Assembly (NCBI GenBank): GCA_030704615.1
Contig: CM060733.1
Span: forward strand, 48,670,001 to 48,734,000
Direction of reading: 5' to 3'
From: Takakia lepidozioides
Lineage: Eukaryota; Plantae; Bryophyta
DNA: 64,000 nt
In this document: positions 1-10,182 of the stretch, in pieces
How the letters are laid out: each line of letters starts with the position of its first letter
Numbering within the stretch: the first letter of the stretch is position 1
Notes under the pieces: model-generated
What the model was told of the DNA's origin: nothing
Database searches by the model: none
The model's input: the letters and a program-made list of their open reading frames with translations, nothing else
Translations under genes and position numbers: made by a program

Positions 1-40
1 CACAAGTTAGAGGTTCTTTTTTTGTGCATTTCATGTGTCA

Positions 41-960
41 CTAAGAAGTTGAACTAGGGTCCTTCTTTAGCATAGCCCTAACCTCTAACTGGCTAAGGGA
101 AGGTTGGTGGATCTCATAAGCCCCGGCGCATCCTAGATGCACGTTGTACATGAAGTACATGTGCTTACAAGGTAGATATGTTTGTTTTTTCTTCTTGACG
201 GATAGCTCATCAAAGTCGGGACAATCACAAGATGGAAATTGACCAATGTATACATTGTAAGCCAATCCTGCTCTGGTAGATCCCTCTGTTTGTAGCTGGT
301 AAATTCTCCCATAACCTGGCTGAGGCACGTTTCTGAATCCACGAACCTCAGCAATAAGAGTCTCCGCTGACTCTTGGCGACTCAAGTCGAGGAGTCGGAT
401 CCCGACGCCGAATGCGCACCCCATAGCGTGTAGTGGGATACTTACCCACAGGAAGGACAACACCTTGATGAATATGTTGTTCCACTGGAAGTGGTCCCAC
501 AGGAAAGTTCGGATCAGGAACGTTGGGAGGATGGACTAGTCGAAAACCTGCAAGGGTCAAGTTGTCCACCTCTTCTTGTGTAAGGTTGGTTCCAACCTTC
601 ACAGGCCACACGTTAGGTATACCCGGTTTTCCCAAGCAATAGGATGGCACGGTCCCTCCAACACACGACAAAACATCTGTGGGGCAAAACCAAAAAACTT
701 GCAGTTTTGGTTCTTTCATGTTCGGTGCTAGTAACTTGCCAGTGAAGCAAGGTGCAGGACTTCCTTTACCTTTCCTGATGAGCGCTTTGCATTTATCTTT
801 GGAAACTTCAACCAAGGCAGAACAACGAACCATGGAAGCAGGACCTGTCCGCTGAATCCTGAACAATGCATCGGAAAAGTCTTGTGTCTCTCTCACTGGA
901 TTTCCCCATTGCATTGGCTGAGGAGGGATAGCAACATGTGGATTTGTCTCACAGAAAGTC
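41..960 (-). pseudogene. Frameshifted SWIM zinc-finger ORF, probably TE-associated
   Basis: ORF 348..914 (Cys-rich, FWFCP..., WPVKVGTNLTQEE) appears to continue after a frameshift near 350-420 into ORF 41..463, which carries YNVYIGQFPSCDCPDF...LPCKHMYF (CxC...CxH, SWIM). Confidence 0.65.
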
Positions 961-1284
961 GAAGAACTAGGAATGTCATGACTTGATTTGGCCAGGGATC
1001 TTGTATTCTCTTCAGTTTAAGGTGGTGCATTAGTTGGAGTTAGTGGTCACATGCATCTTTGACCATTGACTACTGATTTTGTTAGCTAATATTTTTTATT
1101 TTATTTTTTTTCTATATACATATGATGTAACATTTGCATATGCAATAAATACGTCGTATTCTATGTTATATAACTCCACTGCATACAATCTACAATGTGT
1201 GCATACAAATTTGTCACATGCATATATAATAAGGGATTTTGTGCATGCATGCACGCAACCTGTGCATATGGAATAGCAACCCCC

Positions 1285-2925
1285 TAGTGATGTTGTTGGA
1301 CCCACAAATAGAAGAACCAAACGAAGCACAGGCAATCGCGCGTGCTTCTTCCATCGATTATTTCACATATCCATTCTCCTTCCATTCTTCCCTAAATAAT
1401 CTCATAAATTAAACGACACAATCGATGACCAGCCTAATCGATGTTGACGACAAGTAATATTACTAACTATTGTGGGAAGTCAGAAAGTGGTTAAACATTT
1501 GGGATTTTGTCACTTCACTTTGTAGTGGCCTCATTAATGTAGGAACAGAAACACGCGCGATTGCGTGATTTTCATCTGTTTCTATAACATCCATATTCTA
1601 ATGGAATATATGTAAAGAATGCACAATCATTTTGATAACTTCCACTTGTTTTTGATAAAAAAAAAGTGGTAAAGCTAGAGCAAATAAATAATAACTTACT
1701 TAGTGTGCAAGACTAGTCTTGTGATCCACCCTGAGCACCTCCTCCAATCATACATAAGATTGACCATGCCACCACATACAGGAACTATCATATTCTGTGT
1801 GCATAGCAAGACTGATAAAGTGCGACGCAAGATTTTAGTTGACATTGTCTGATGAGAACTAATGTATTGCCTATCACTTTACAATTTTGAGGATGCACTA
1901 TGAGATGTCCTCATATGTGTTTAGCTAATCATCTGGGTATCAAGAGTGTTGATGATGGTCCCACGAATAGAAATACCAAATGAAGCACGCGCGATCGCGC
2001 GTGCTTCTTCAAACAATTCTTTCACATCACATCTTCACTGTCTAATCTCAAACATAAATGATATAATCGATGAACAACCTAATCGATGTTGACGTCAAGT
2101 AATATTACACACTGATCCAGACCTTTGGTTCGTGACTCGACTAGTATTGTATTGTCTTGTGGACCACACTGAACACCTCCTCCCATCATACGTAAGAGTG
2201 ACCATGTCAGCAGCACATACAAGAATTATCATACTCTGTGTGCAAGGCAAGACTGATAAAGTGCGACGGAAGATCTTAGTTGACATTGTATGATGTGAAC
2301 TAATGTCTTGCATCTCACTTTACAGTTTTGATGATGCACTCAGAGATGTCCTCATATCATGTGTCTCGCTGATCATCTGGGTATCAATAGTGTTGATTTT
2401 GGTCCCACGAATAGAATTACCAAATGAAGCACGCGCGATCGTGCGCGCTTCTTTAGACCATTCTTTCACATCACATCTTCACTCTCTAATCTCAAACAGT
2501 AGTCGACATAATCAATGAATTACCTAATCGATGTTGACGACAAGTAATATTACAAACTGCCCTGGACTTTTGGATCGATATTCGGATACTATTGTATACT
2601 ATTGGGTCCACACTGAACACCTCCGCCCATCATATCTAATAAGAGTAACAATGCCACCACATACAGGAATTATCATACTCTGTGTGCATGGCAAGACTGA
2701 TAAAGTGCGCCGAAAGATTTTAATTGATATTGTATAATGTGAACTAATGTCTTCCGAAATACTTTACAGTTTTGAGTATGCACTCAGACATGTCCTCATA
2801 TGTGTCTTCTAATCATCTGGGTATCAATGGTGTTGTTGTTGATCCCTAGAATACAAGTACCAAATGAAGCACGCGCGATCGCACGTGCTTCTTCAGGGCA
2901 TTTTTCACATCACATCTTCAATTTC
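1285..2925. repeat. Tandem array of ~440-bp units, each with a CpG-rich palindrome
   Basis: TGAAGCACGCGCGATC recurs at 1981, 2425 and 2865 (periods 444, 440) with collinear flanks (AAGACTGATAAAGTGCG, CTAATCGATGTTGACG); partial unit at ~1285-1470. Confidence 0.9.
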
Positions 2926-2929
2926 TCAT

Positions 2930-3825
2930 CCCAACCAACAGAGTTCGTGCTTTCATGGGGTTGGAAAACTAATATCGACGGTTTGTCAAGGGATTTAGCA
3001 GCATTGCAAAGGCTCTTACCAAGTTGACCAAGGTGGGTCAGGAGTGGCAGTGGGAGGAGGAGGAGGAGCAAGCCTTTGAGGAACTCAAGGCTCGATTAAC
3101 TTCTGCGCCTATTCTGAGGCGGCCTATTCGGGGGCGGTCTTTCCAGCTACATACGGATTGGAGTATGCTGGGGATTGGAGCAGTGCTCACACAGGTGGAT
3201 GATGAGGGAAGAGAGTTCGTAGTGGCATATGCTAGCCGCTCGAACAATGATGCCGAGGCGAAGTATAGTTCCTATGAAGGGGAGTGTCTAGCTGCAGTAT
3301 GGGCAGTGGCACATTTTAGATGCTACCTCTATGGCAATCTCTTCACCCTTGTCACGGATCACCAACCATTGAAGTGGTTGATGGAGTCAGACAAGCTTAC
3401 AGGGAAGCTTGCACGGTGGGCACTTATGCTTCAAGAGTACGACTTCCAGGTGGTGCATTGAGCCGGAATAGTCAACCGGGATGCGGATGGATTGAGTCGC
3501 AATCCATGCACAAGTGAGCTTGATGATACATGAGCTCGATGGCATGGTGAGACGGATGAGGAGATGGTGCTAGGATGGCATGCATCTGCCTTTTTATGCA
3601 TTCTAGCAATGGGAGCTCAAGCTGGTCCATCCCATGCGATTGGTCATAGAGATAGTGTATCCAGAGATCAGTGAGGAGCTTGGTGGTGCTAAGGATGTAT
3701 ATGAAGATGCAGCAGTGTTGGCCTACCTTCGGTACTAGAGAGACAGCAGCCAGTGTGACTGCTAAGGAGAGAGATTGGATCCTACAAACAGCCAAGAGGT
3801 TCAAGTGGGAAGGGACTCACCTGGT
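2930..3825 (+). mobile_element. Ty3/Gypsy pol fragment (RT C-terminus/RNase H), degenerate
   Basis: ORF 3024..3461: AFEELKARLTSAPIL, LHTDWSMLGIGAVLTQ, YASRSNN..EGECLAAVWAV.HFRCYLYG..TDHQPLKWL; after a stop the frame reads NRDADGLSR. Confidence 0.9.
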
Positions 3826-3829
3826 TAAT

Positions 3830-6060
3830 CAGCTTTAGCTCTTTCTTTGTTGACTAGAAAAGCTTGACGGCGGTTTCGCCATGCGCAAACCCAAGAAAAA
3901 ATTATCACTTGTCTCTTGACTCTTGATACTCAGACCAATCACCATTCCCTCATTCTGGACAACCAACATATAGCCCAGTGTTAAGGGCACATACCCTCTC
4001 ACGAGTGGTTGTGGGTTCAATCCACCATGTTGGAAGTCATTACGGTGTCCACCTTCCCATCAGAAGGCAGTAGCCCTATGGGGTCAAGTGACACCATAAG
4101 TTACGCTTGCTTCGGCAGCACGTCCACCTTTTTTCCCTCATTCTCCATTTTCCGGATCATGTCATAGTGAACATGTCCTAGACGAGCATGCCATTTTGCA
4201 ATGGTTGCTTTACCATAACTATAAGTAGCTGAATTGATGGCTGGCAACCAAGAATTATACAAAATGCTATTCTTGACCTACGGCGCAAGAGTCTTTTATC
4301 TGTTGGTCAGATGACTGATAAAGACATTGTGGCAGTGTATGATATCGACTCATGCAGAATGTATACTAATGCAAAGAGTAGGTTTGTCATGGTTGGAGAG
4401 AAAGTAAGTCAGCTCTGGAAAATGAACCTTAAGGTAGTAATTCCTGATGATCAAGCCAACTCTGTAGTGATAAGTCAGGAAGATTCAGAGTCTATGGGTT
4501 CAGAAAAATCAGTCATCACTTCAGAGTTTGCTAGACAAGAAGATCCAGAGTCTTTGATTTCAGAAAAAAACATCCATTCACTAGAGACATGATATCGATG
4601 TCCCCTATCCCTGCAACCCAAACGGTTGAGTCTATTGCAACACGCACTCCCCTGCAAATACCATGCCTAACTGGTTTCATGGTTCTGAACCAATCCTTTT
4701 CTATCTATCATAAGTTGTGATTCGTGAATTAGCTGCATTATCAGCATACCAGCTATCACCTATACTTGCAATACGTGCATAATATGTTCACGTGGCTCTC
4801 CAAGGAAGACCTGCTACCAGATCCGTTTGTGAATTCGATTCTAAGGTGTGAGATCTGATAACCTCAGTTAATGTCCTCTCAGCATCTGCAATAACCTCAT
4901 CAACAACGACAAAAACATTAGCTATTACAATGAGATTGGCTTCACTTGTACTGTGTTTGCTCTCACCCTTGCCATCAGTTTTGTGGATATCAGATTTCTT
5001 CTCCAACCTGTACTAGCATTCTTTTGCCCAATGGCCTTTCTCACAACACTTAAAACACACTCTGTTTTTCTTCAATTATGCTATTCGCTATGCCCTCTTC
5101 TTGCGTTGCTTTGGAGTGAGCTCTATTCTGTTGTGACCCGAACTGCTGCTCCCACCACTTCTTCCAGCACAAAATGTTTTATCTCCCTCTTCATGATCTG
5201 CCCCTGAACTGGCCAGTTCTTCAGCGTAGATTCTCTCTTAAGCACTTGTGTGTCTGTTCTGCTATGGGAACACTATCCCGTGCAAGTAGCAATGGATTGT
5301 AACTCTGGAAAACCTACTTTTGTCTTAGTAAGTAGTTCCCGCTCACTGACCGTCTCGCCAAGATCTGTAAGCTTCTTCGCCAGTGCAGAAAATGTACTGC
5401 AATAGGTCGATATATTATCACTCTCCCTCATGTGATACTTATAAAACTTCTCTTGAAGATGAGCAATATTCTCTTCAGTAGTTTGATTGTGTATTGTCGC
5501 CCATATCTCTGCTGATGTGGTGCAATTTATGAGCTGCTCCATGTGCGCTCGATCAATGGAATGCAATATCATGACTGCCACTCCATTTCAGGCAAGATGG
5601 TCTCAGAACCATCGACAATTGACCACAACTCCTTTGCTTCGAAAATGAACTGCATGTGAAACTTCCAAAGATGGAAGTTGTCACTAGTAAATTTTTCCAC
5701 CCCTATAACCTCCATATTCTCTTCCTTAGTGCTCATTTTCGCACTCTTAACTCGCTTAACACTATGACATAGGCGATTCTTAATCCAAGAAAACCTTATT
5801 GTTACGTGCTACAGAAGACTATAAGGTTTCTGAAGAACAAGAAATTCAAGAAGGCTCTCTATAATAATATGTTGATCGTGCAAAACGCTTCTCTAATCTT
5901 TAGTAACTTGTTTGAAGACTAGGGCTGCAGATATTTTGCTACACTTGTAGAGTTTCTTGAAACACCACTAAGAAAACATATCATTTTTACAGCTACATGC
6001 AGTAAGAAAACTGACGAAGTCTCCTCCAACTAAACTGCACCCGCAGTGGGCCCATAACCT
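3830..6060 (-). mobile_element. Degenerate Ty1/Copia element (PBS, gag, zinc knuckle, protease, GAG-pre-integrase); 3' part lost
   Basis: Minus strand: MSTKEENMEVIGVEKFTSDNFHLWKFHMQFIF from ~5736, gag ORF 5273..5581, CFKCCEKGHWAKEC (~5015-5060), WYADNAA protease-like motif (~4740), KWHARLGHV (~4170-4200). Confidence 0.85.
6047..6059 (-). promoter_or_regulatory. Copia primer-binding site GGTTATGGGCCCA (half-tRNA-iMet type) directly after an LTR 3' end ...CTTCTACA
   Basis: Plus strand reads TGGGCCCATAACC-TGTAGAAG at 6047-6067, ~310 bp upstream of the gag start on the minus strand. Confidence 0.8.
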
Positions 6061-6544
6061 GTAGAAGGAAACAACTGAGATCTAATACAATGGATTTAGA
6101 CAACAGTTCTTTGTTGCAAATCAAAGCTGTATGACATCCTGTAGAAAAGACGAGTCCAACGAATAGTGCAAGGAATATATACTGAGCAGGATGGGGCCAG
6201 GTAGGACTAGGAAGTATCATTGTTCAAAATATATGACCTGGATGTTAGCACGTGGAACATGACATGGTCTACATGGAACTACAAACTAAATGACCACCTT
6301 ATACATGTATGTTGGACATCTCTTTAGAGAGAAGCTACGCCGTGAGCAGGCTCACGCTTTGCACATAATGCATGAGCAGATTTGACTAAGCGTGAACAGA
6401 TTTGAATCGTGAGCAGAAAGGAAAAGCCGAGCCTATAAGCATGAGAGACCATGGGCCCTATTACCGTGGATGCAAAGTGAAAAGTGAAGTGAAATGCTTG
6501 CGGAAGAGCGGACAAATGCTACACTTCACACGAGATATGGTGGA

Positions 6545-6786
6545 CTCGGAAGTGCCCAAAACAGATAAACGCAGAACTTCGAAGTGCAAGCCAACCATTA
6601 ATACAAAACTTGGAAGTGGTCAGAATTATGCTTGCTTTAAACCAAGCATAATTCAGAGCAAGCCAATGCAAAACTTGGAAGTGTCAGAGTTATGCTTGCT
6701 TTAAAAGCAAGCATAATTCAGACCACATAAACGCAAAACTTGCAAATGGCTAAAACATTGTATTCTACAAAGCAAACATAGTTCTG
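6545..6786. repeat. ~65-bp tandem repeat with an internal hairpin
   Basis: GAATTATGCTTG-CTTTAAAC-CAAGCATAATTC (6623-6654) and GAGTTATGCTTGCTTT-A-AAAGCAAGCATAATTC (6687-6719), each preceded by AAAACTTGGAAGTG; degenerate units on both sides. Confidence 0.75.
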
Positions 6787-6979
6787 TGAAGACATATGAT
6801 GGACTTGGAAGAAATGTTTCCTCAAAACCCTAAATTATAAATCACATCTGTAGACAGGAAACATAGTACATGTAATACATCTCATTGCCTTGAAAACGAT
6901 ACATGAACAGATTCATAGACTGGGTGAGCTGTCCCGCTGCAAAAGTCTAACCACCTCACTATAACCATAAGCACCTTAA

Positions 6980-7587
6980 CCGCAAGCTTGATTCCTAGCT
7001 TGTTTCCCTGCACAAATAGGGAAGTTTACTAGGGCTCAGTTTTTTTTTTTTTCCTAAACAAATTCCCATGTGCCAATAGGGGTTGGGATTAAGCTTGCGT
7101 CAACGCCAGCTTGATTCCCAGCCTAGTTCCATGCACAAACAGGGCAGTTTGCTAGGGCTCAGTTTTTTTATTTTTTTAATTTTTTTCTTTGTGAATTTCC
7201 ATGTGCCAACAGGGGCTGGGATTAAAAGCTTGCGTCAACGCAAGCTTGATTCCCGGCCTCTTTCCCTGCACGAATAGGGCAGTTCGTAAGGCTCAAGTTT
7301 TTTTTTTTGGAATTTCCATGTGCCAACAGGGGTTGGAAATCAAGCTTGCGTGGCACATGGGAATTCCCCAAAAGAAACAAAAAAAAGAAAGAAAAACCTG
7401 AGCTTGCTTCGTAGCCTATTAACCTGCACGAACAGGGCAATTTGCTAGGGCTCAGTTTTTTTTTTTTTTTTTTTTTTTTGGGTTGGTTTTTGAATTCCCA
7501 TGTGCCAACAGGGGCTGGGATTAAGCTTGCGTCAACGCAAGCTTGATTGCCAGCCTCTTTCCCTGCACGAACATGGCAGTTTGTAAG
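6980..7587. repeat. Palindromic ~125-bp tandem array with poly(T) tracts; left part, interrupted by the MULE
   Basis: Unit: AGGGCAGTTTGCTAGGGCTCAG(T)n..ATTCCCATGTGCCAACAGGGGCTGGGATTAAGCTTGCGTCAACGCAAGCTTGATTCCCAGCC..CCCTGCAC, about 5 copies. Confidence 0.85.
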
Positions 7588-7912
7588 GCCTCTCATTTTA
7601 AGATAATAGGGTCTTCAATGGGCACGTGCGATGTGGCCGGTGGGCCCCACGCACAGACGCCCGGCTCCCCAGCACCCCGCCCGCCGCTGTGCGCGGTCGC
7701 CCAGCCACGGGCGCGGGTGCAACAACCGCGCCCGCGCCCCCGTCCGCCGCGCGGCCAGCCCCCCGCCCACGAGTCCGCTGCCCTCTAGTCTGCCAGTCCG
7801 CCAGTCTGCCCGCCAGTCCGCTGGCTAGTCCCCTGCCATCCAGTCTGCTGACGGCGCAGGATCGCCACCGTCCATTCCCATAACCCATCCGAGCCCTCCA
7901 TTTTTAGGGCTG
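7588..7912 (+). repeat. Left terminal inverted repeat of the MULE (GC-rich)
   Basis: Reverse-complement match to 24388-24684, running to CCATCCGAGCCCTCCATTTTTAGGGCTGC. Confidence 0.92.
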
Positions 7913-9406
7913 CGAAAATGGCAATGATCTTCCCACCAAATCCCGGCCGCTCTCTTTTGACGGCTGTTTGTTGTCCGATGTTGCGGTAGGCGTTCCATGC
8001 ACGCGACTGTTCCTCTTTTGCGCGCGATGTTCATGATGATGATGAAGCGTGTGCTTGAACATGAGAGGACTGTCTCGGCACTACAGCCACCATCGTGCAT
8101 ATGCTTCCACTATTTTGCCTTCTTGTTGTGCTTTCGGGAACCTTCGTTTTATGGTTTGGTTCTATGTCATAAATATGGAAAATGCGGACATCTGTCGTCG
8201 ATAACGTCCTCTGCTTGTGATCCGTCATGATATGTTTAGCCCCTTCGTACTGCATCCCTCATGAGAGCCTTCACAAGTTTAGTTCGTTAAAGGAACCCAT
8301 GGGTAACATGGGCGCGAAAATGGTGGAAGCGTATGCACATGGGGGCGTGTATTGCAGAGTATCGGACGATGGGACTGTTTATGTGACCAAGTATAGCGGC
8401 TTGCATCCGTCGTGCTTAAGTTGTGGAAAATGGTGGAGAATCTGAAGAAACCCAGCTTTGTGATGGATCCACATGGTATTATATAAGGGATGGCAACACA
8501 AAAAAACAATTCGAGTCGTCACGGAACATCATCCAGTCGTAAGGTCCTCAAACATCCACACCTTCCTGCTGAATGCAAATGTCTGAGCCACGACGGGAGA
8601 TGTCTGAGACAATTGCATCTGCAAATGCGCGTGGATGTTTGAGGTCCGTTGTGTCGCGAGTCTGTTCACAGTGGGTCCGCTGGCCCGTCAGTGCTCCGGA
8701 TATTCCCCTTATCGCGTGCATAACAGTCAGTTTGGAGGCGGTCTGCTGGAAGTCCGTCTGTTGGGATATCAGTCTTTTGCACTTGTGAATTTGTCAGTCT
8801 GTTGTGTTGGAAGTCTGTTGCACTAAGTCTATTTGACTTCTTATTTTCCCTTCGGTCAGTCTTTTGGCTTGTTCTCCCGCCAGTCTGGCGAAACGTCTGT
8901 CTGCTAGACAGTTCTCCTCTATGGATATCAGTCTGTTGGACTGTGCATGCATCAGTTTGTTGTGCCGCGAGTCTGTTTGCAATGGGTGTGTTCGACTTTC
9001 CTGTTCTCCCCTTACTCTCTTTTGTCTTCATTCCGCTAGCAGGGAAGTGCCTCCAATATGAAGCCGCTTCACCTCAGCAAAGCGAATAGTCCGCTGGACT
9101 GGCGTTCCGGTGGACTCTCGGCCCGATGGGAAATGAGTTTGCTGCACTTGCGAGGAGCGTGGATGAATTTAGTATGATGCGTTCGTTCGGTGGACGTATT
9201 CAATGCGATGACGACGGATAGTTGGTGCCTGTGAAATCGCGCCACGTTGGCAGTGCCATGCCCGCTTTTCCCCCTTCTACTTCTACTTTCTCCATTCTCT
9301 TCGCGCCTGTTTCTTCGCACAGTTTTGCACTGTTTTGTATTCCTCTTTGCGTTTCCATCACCGTAACGAAAGACGACCGTTCTTCCCCAGGTGTGGAGAG
9401 TCGCGG

Positions 9407-10127
9407 TGTCGCGGCCCTTTGCCTTGAGGGCAGGGGGTCGGGACACATGAGGGGCTGCCCCTGTGGGGCAGCGGCAGCGATAGGTATGGGGGGCTGAAGC
9501 ACCCTTGAGTGCCCAAGGCACTCAAGGAGGCGGAGGCGCTCACTAGGTGGAGCCCCGCACACCGGGTTGCGGTGGGGGTGGCTCCACAAGGGGTGGTGGT
9601 AGCTTAGCGGGACTTAGTGGGGGTGGCATAGGACTCACCATGGGGGCGGAGACCTCGTGGTGGGAGTCGTGGGGAGTCTTGGGACTCATCATGGTCCATA
9701 GGGGCCGTGGTGAGTGGGCCAAGACTCACCGCGACTCATCACCGGGAGTCGAGGTTTTCGTGGTGGTTCGCCATAAAATGGCATGGCTGGTTGTGAAACC
9801 CCCGCGGACAGCTACAGAAGTATATATAGAGAGTAGTAACCCCGAGAAGGGTGCAAGCCCGTTGGTGACCAAAAACTAGTGAGTAAGCGAGCGAGCCGGA
9901 AAGCGACCAAAGAGTGGGGAGCTGTTCCGGACTGCCATCTACCAAAGGGAATTCCACTAGTCCCAAATAGGTGGAGGGTTTAGTGGGAAGCGAAGGGGGG
10001 ACCGTTATGTCCCGGTGAGCAGCCGAAGCTCCAAGTTGGCCCGGCGGCCAGGTTGGGAGTCAGGCGCGCGCATCAAAGCGAGTAACTATGACGTGAAGGG
10101 GAGCTTACCGAAGGGAGGTGCGCGACA
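9407..10127 (+). repeat. 5' LTR of the chromovirus
   Basis: TG...CA ends with 7-bp inverted termini; nearly identical to 15617-16342; TATATATAG near 9821. Confidence 0.95.
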
Positions 10128-10129
10128 CT

Positions 10130-10141
10130 TGGTATCAGAGC
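10130..10141 (+). promoter_or_regulatory. Primer-binding site, tRNA-iMet
   Basis: TGGTATCAGAGC 2 nt after the LTR end. Confidence 0.95.
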
Positions 10142-10182
10142 TTAGAGTTCAGTACGCGATCGTCCTTGGGATTGGCCTCATA

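Noticed and set aside
6060-6769. Copia 5' LTR defined by TGTAGAA...TTCTACA
   Set aside because: The TTCTACA lies inside a degenerate unit of the 65-bp repeat and there is no second LTR or TSD to confirm the boundary.
6826-6834. AAACCCTA telomere-like motif
   Set aside because: Single copy, expected by chance; no array.
6980-7587. CRISPR-like look of palindromic repeats separated by spacers
   Set aside because: The spacers are themselves repeated, units are ~125 bp, there are no cas genes and the context is a eukaryotic TE nest.
7543-7888. Pro/Arg/Ala-rich ORFs at both MULE ends (also 24228-24657)
   Set aside because: By-products of the GC-rich TIRs; no domain signal.
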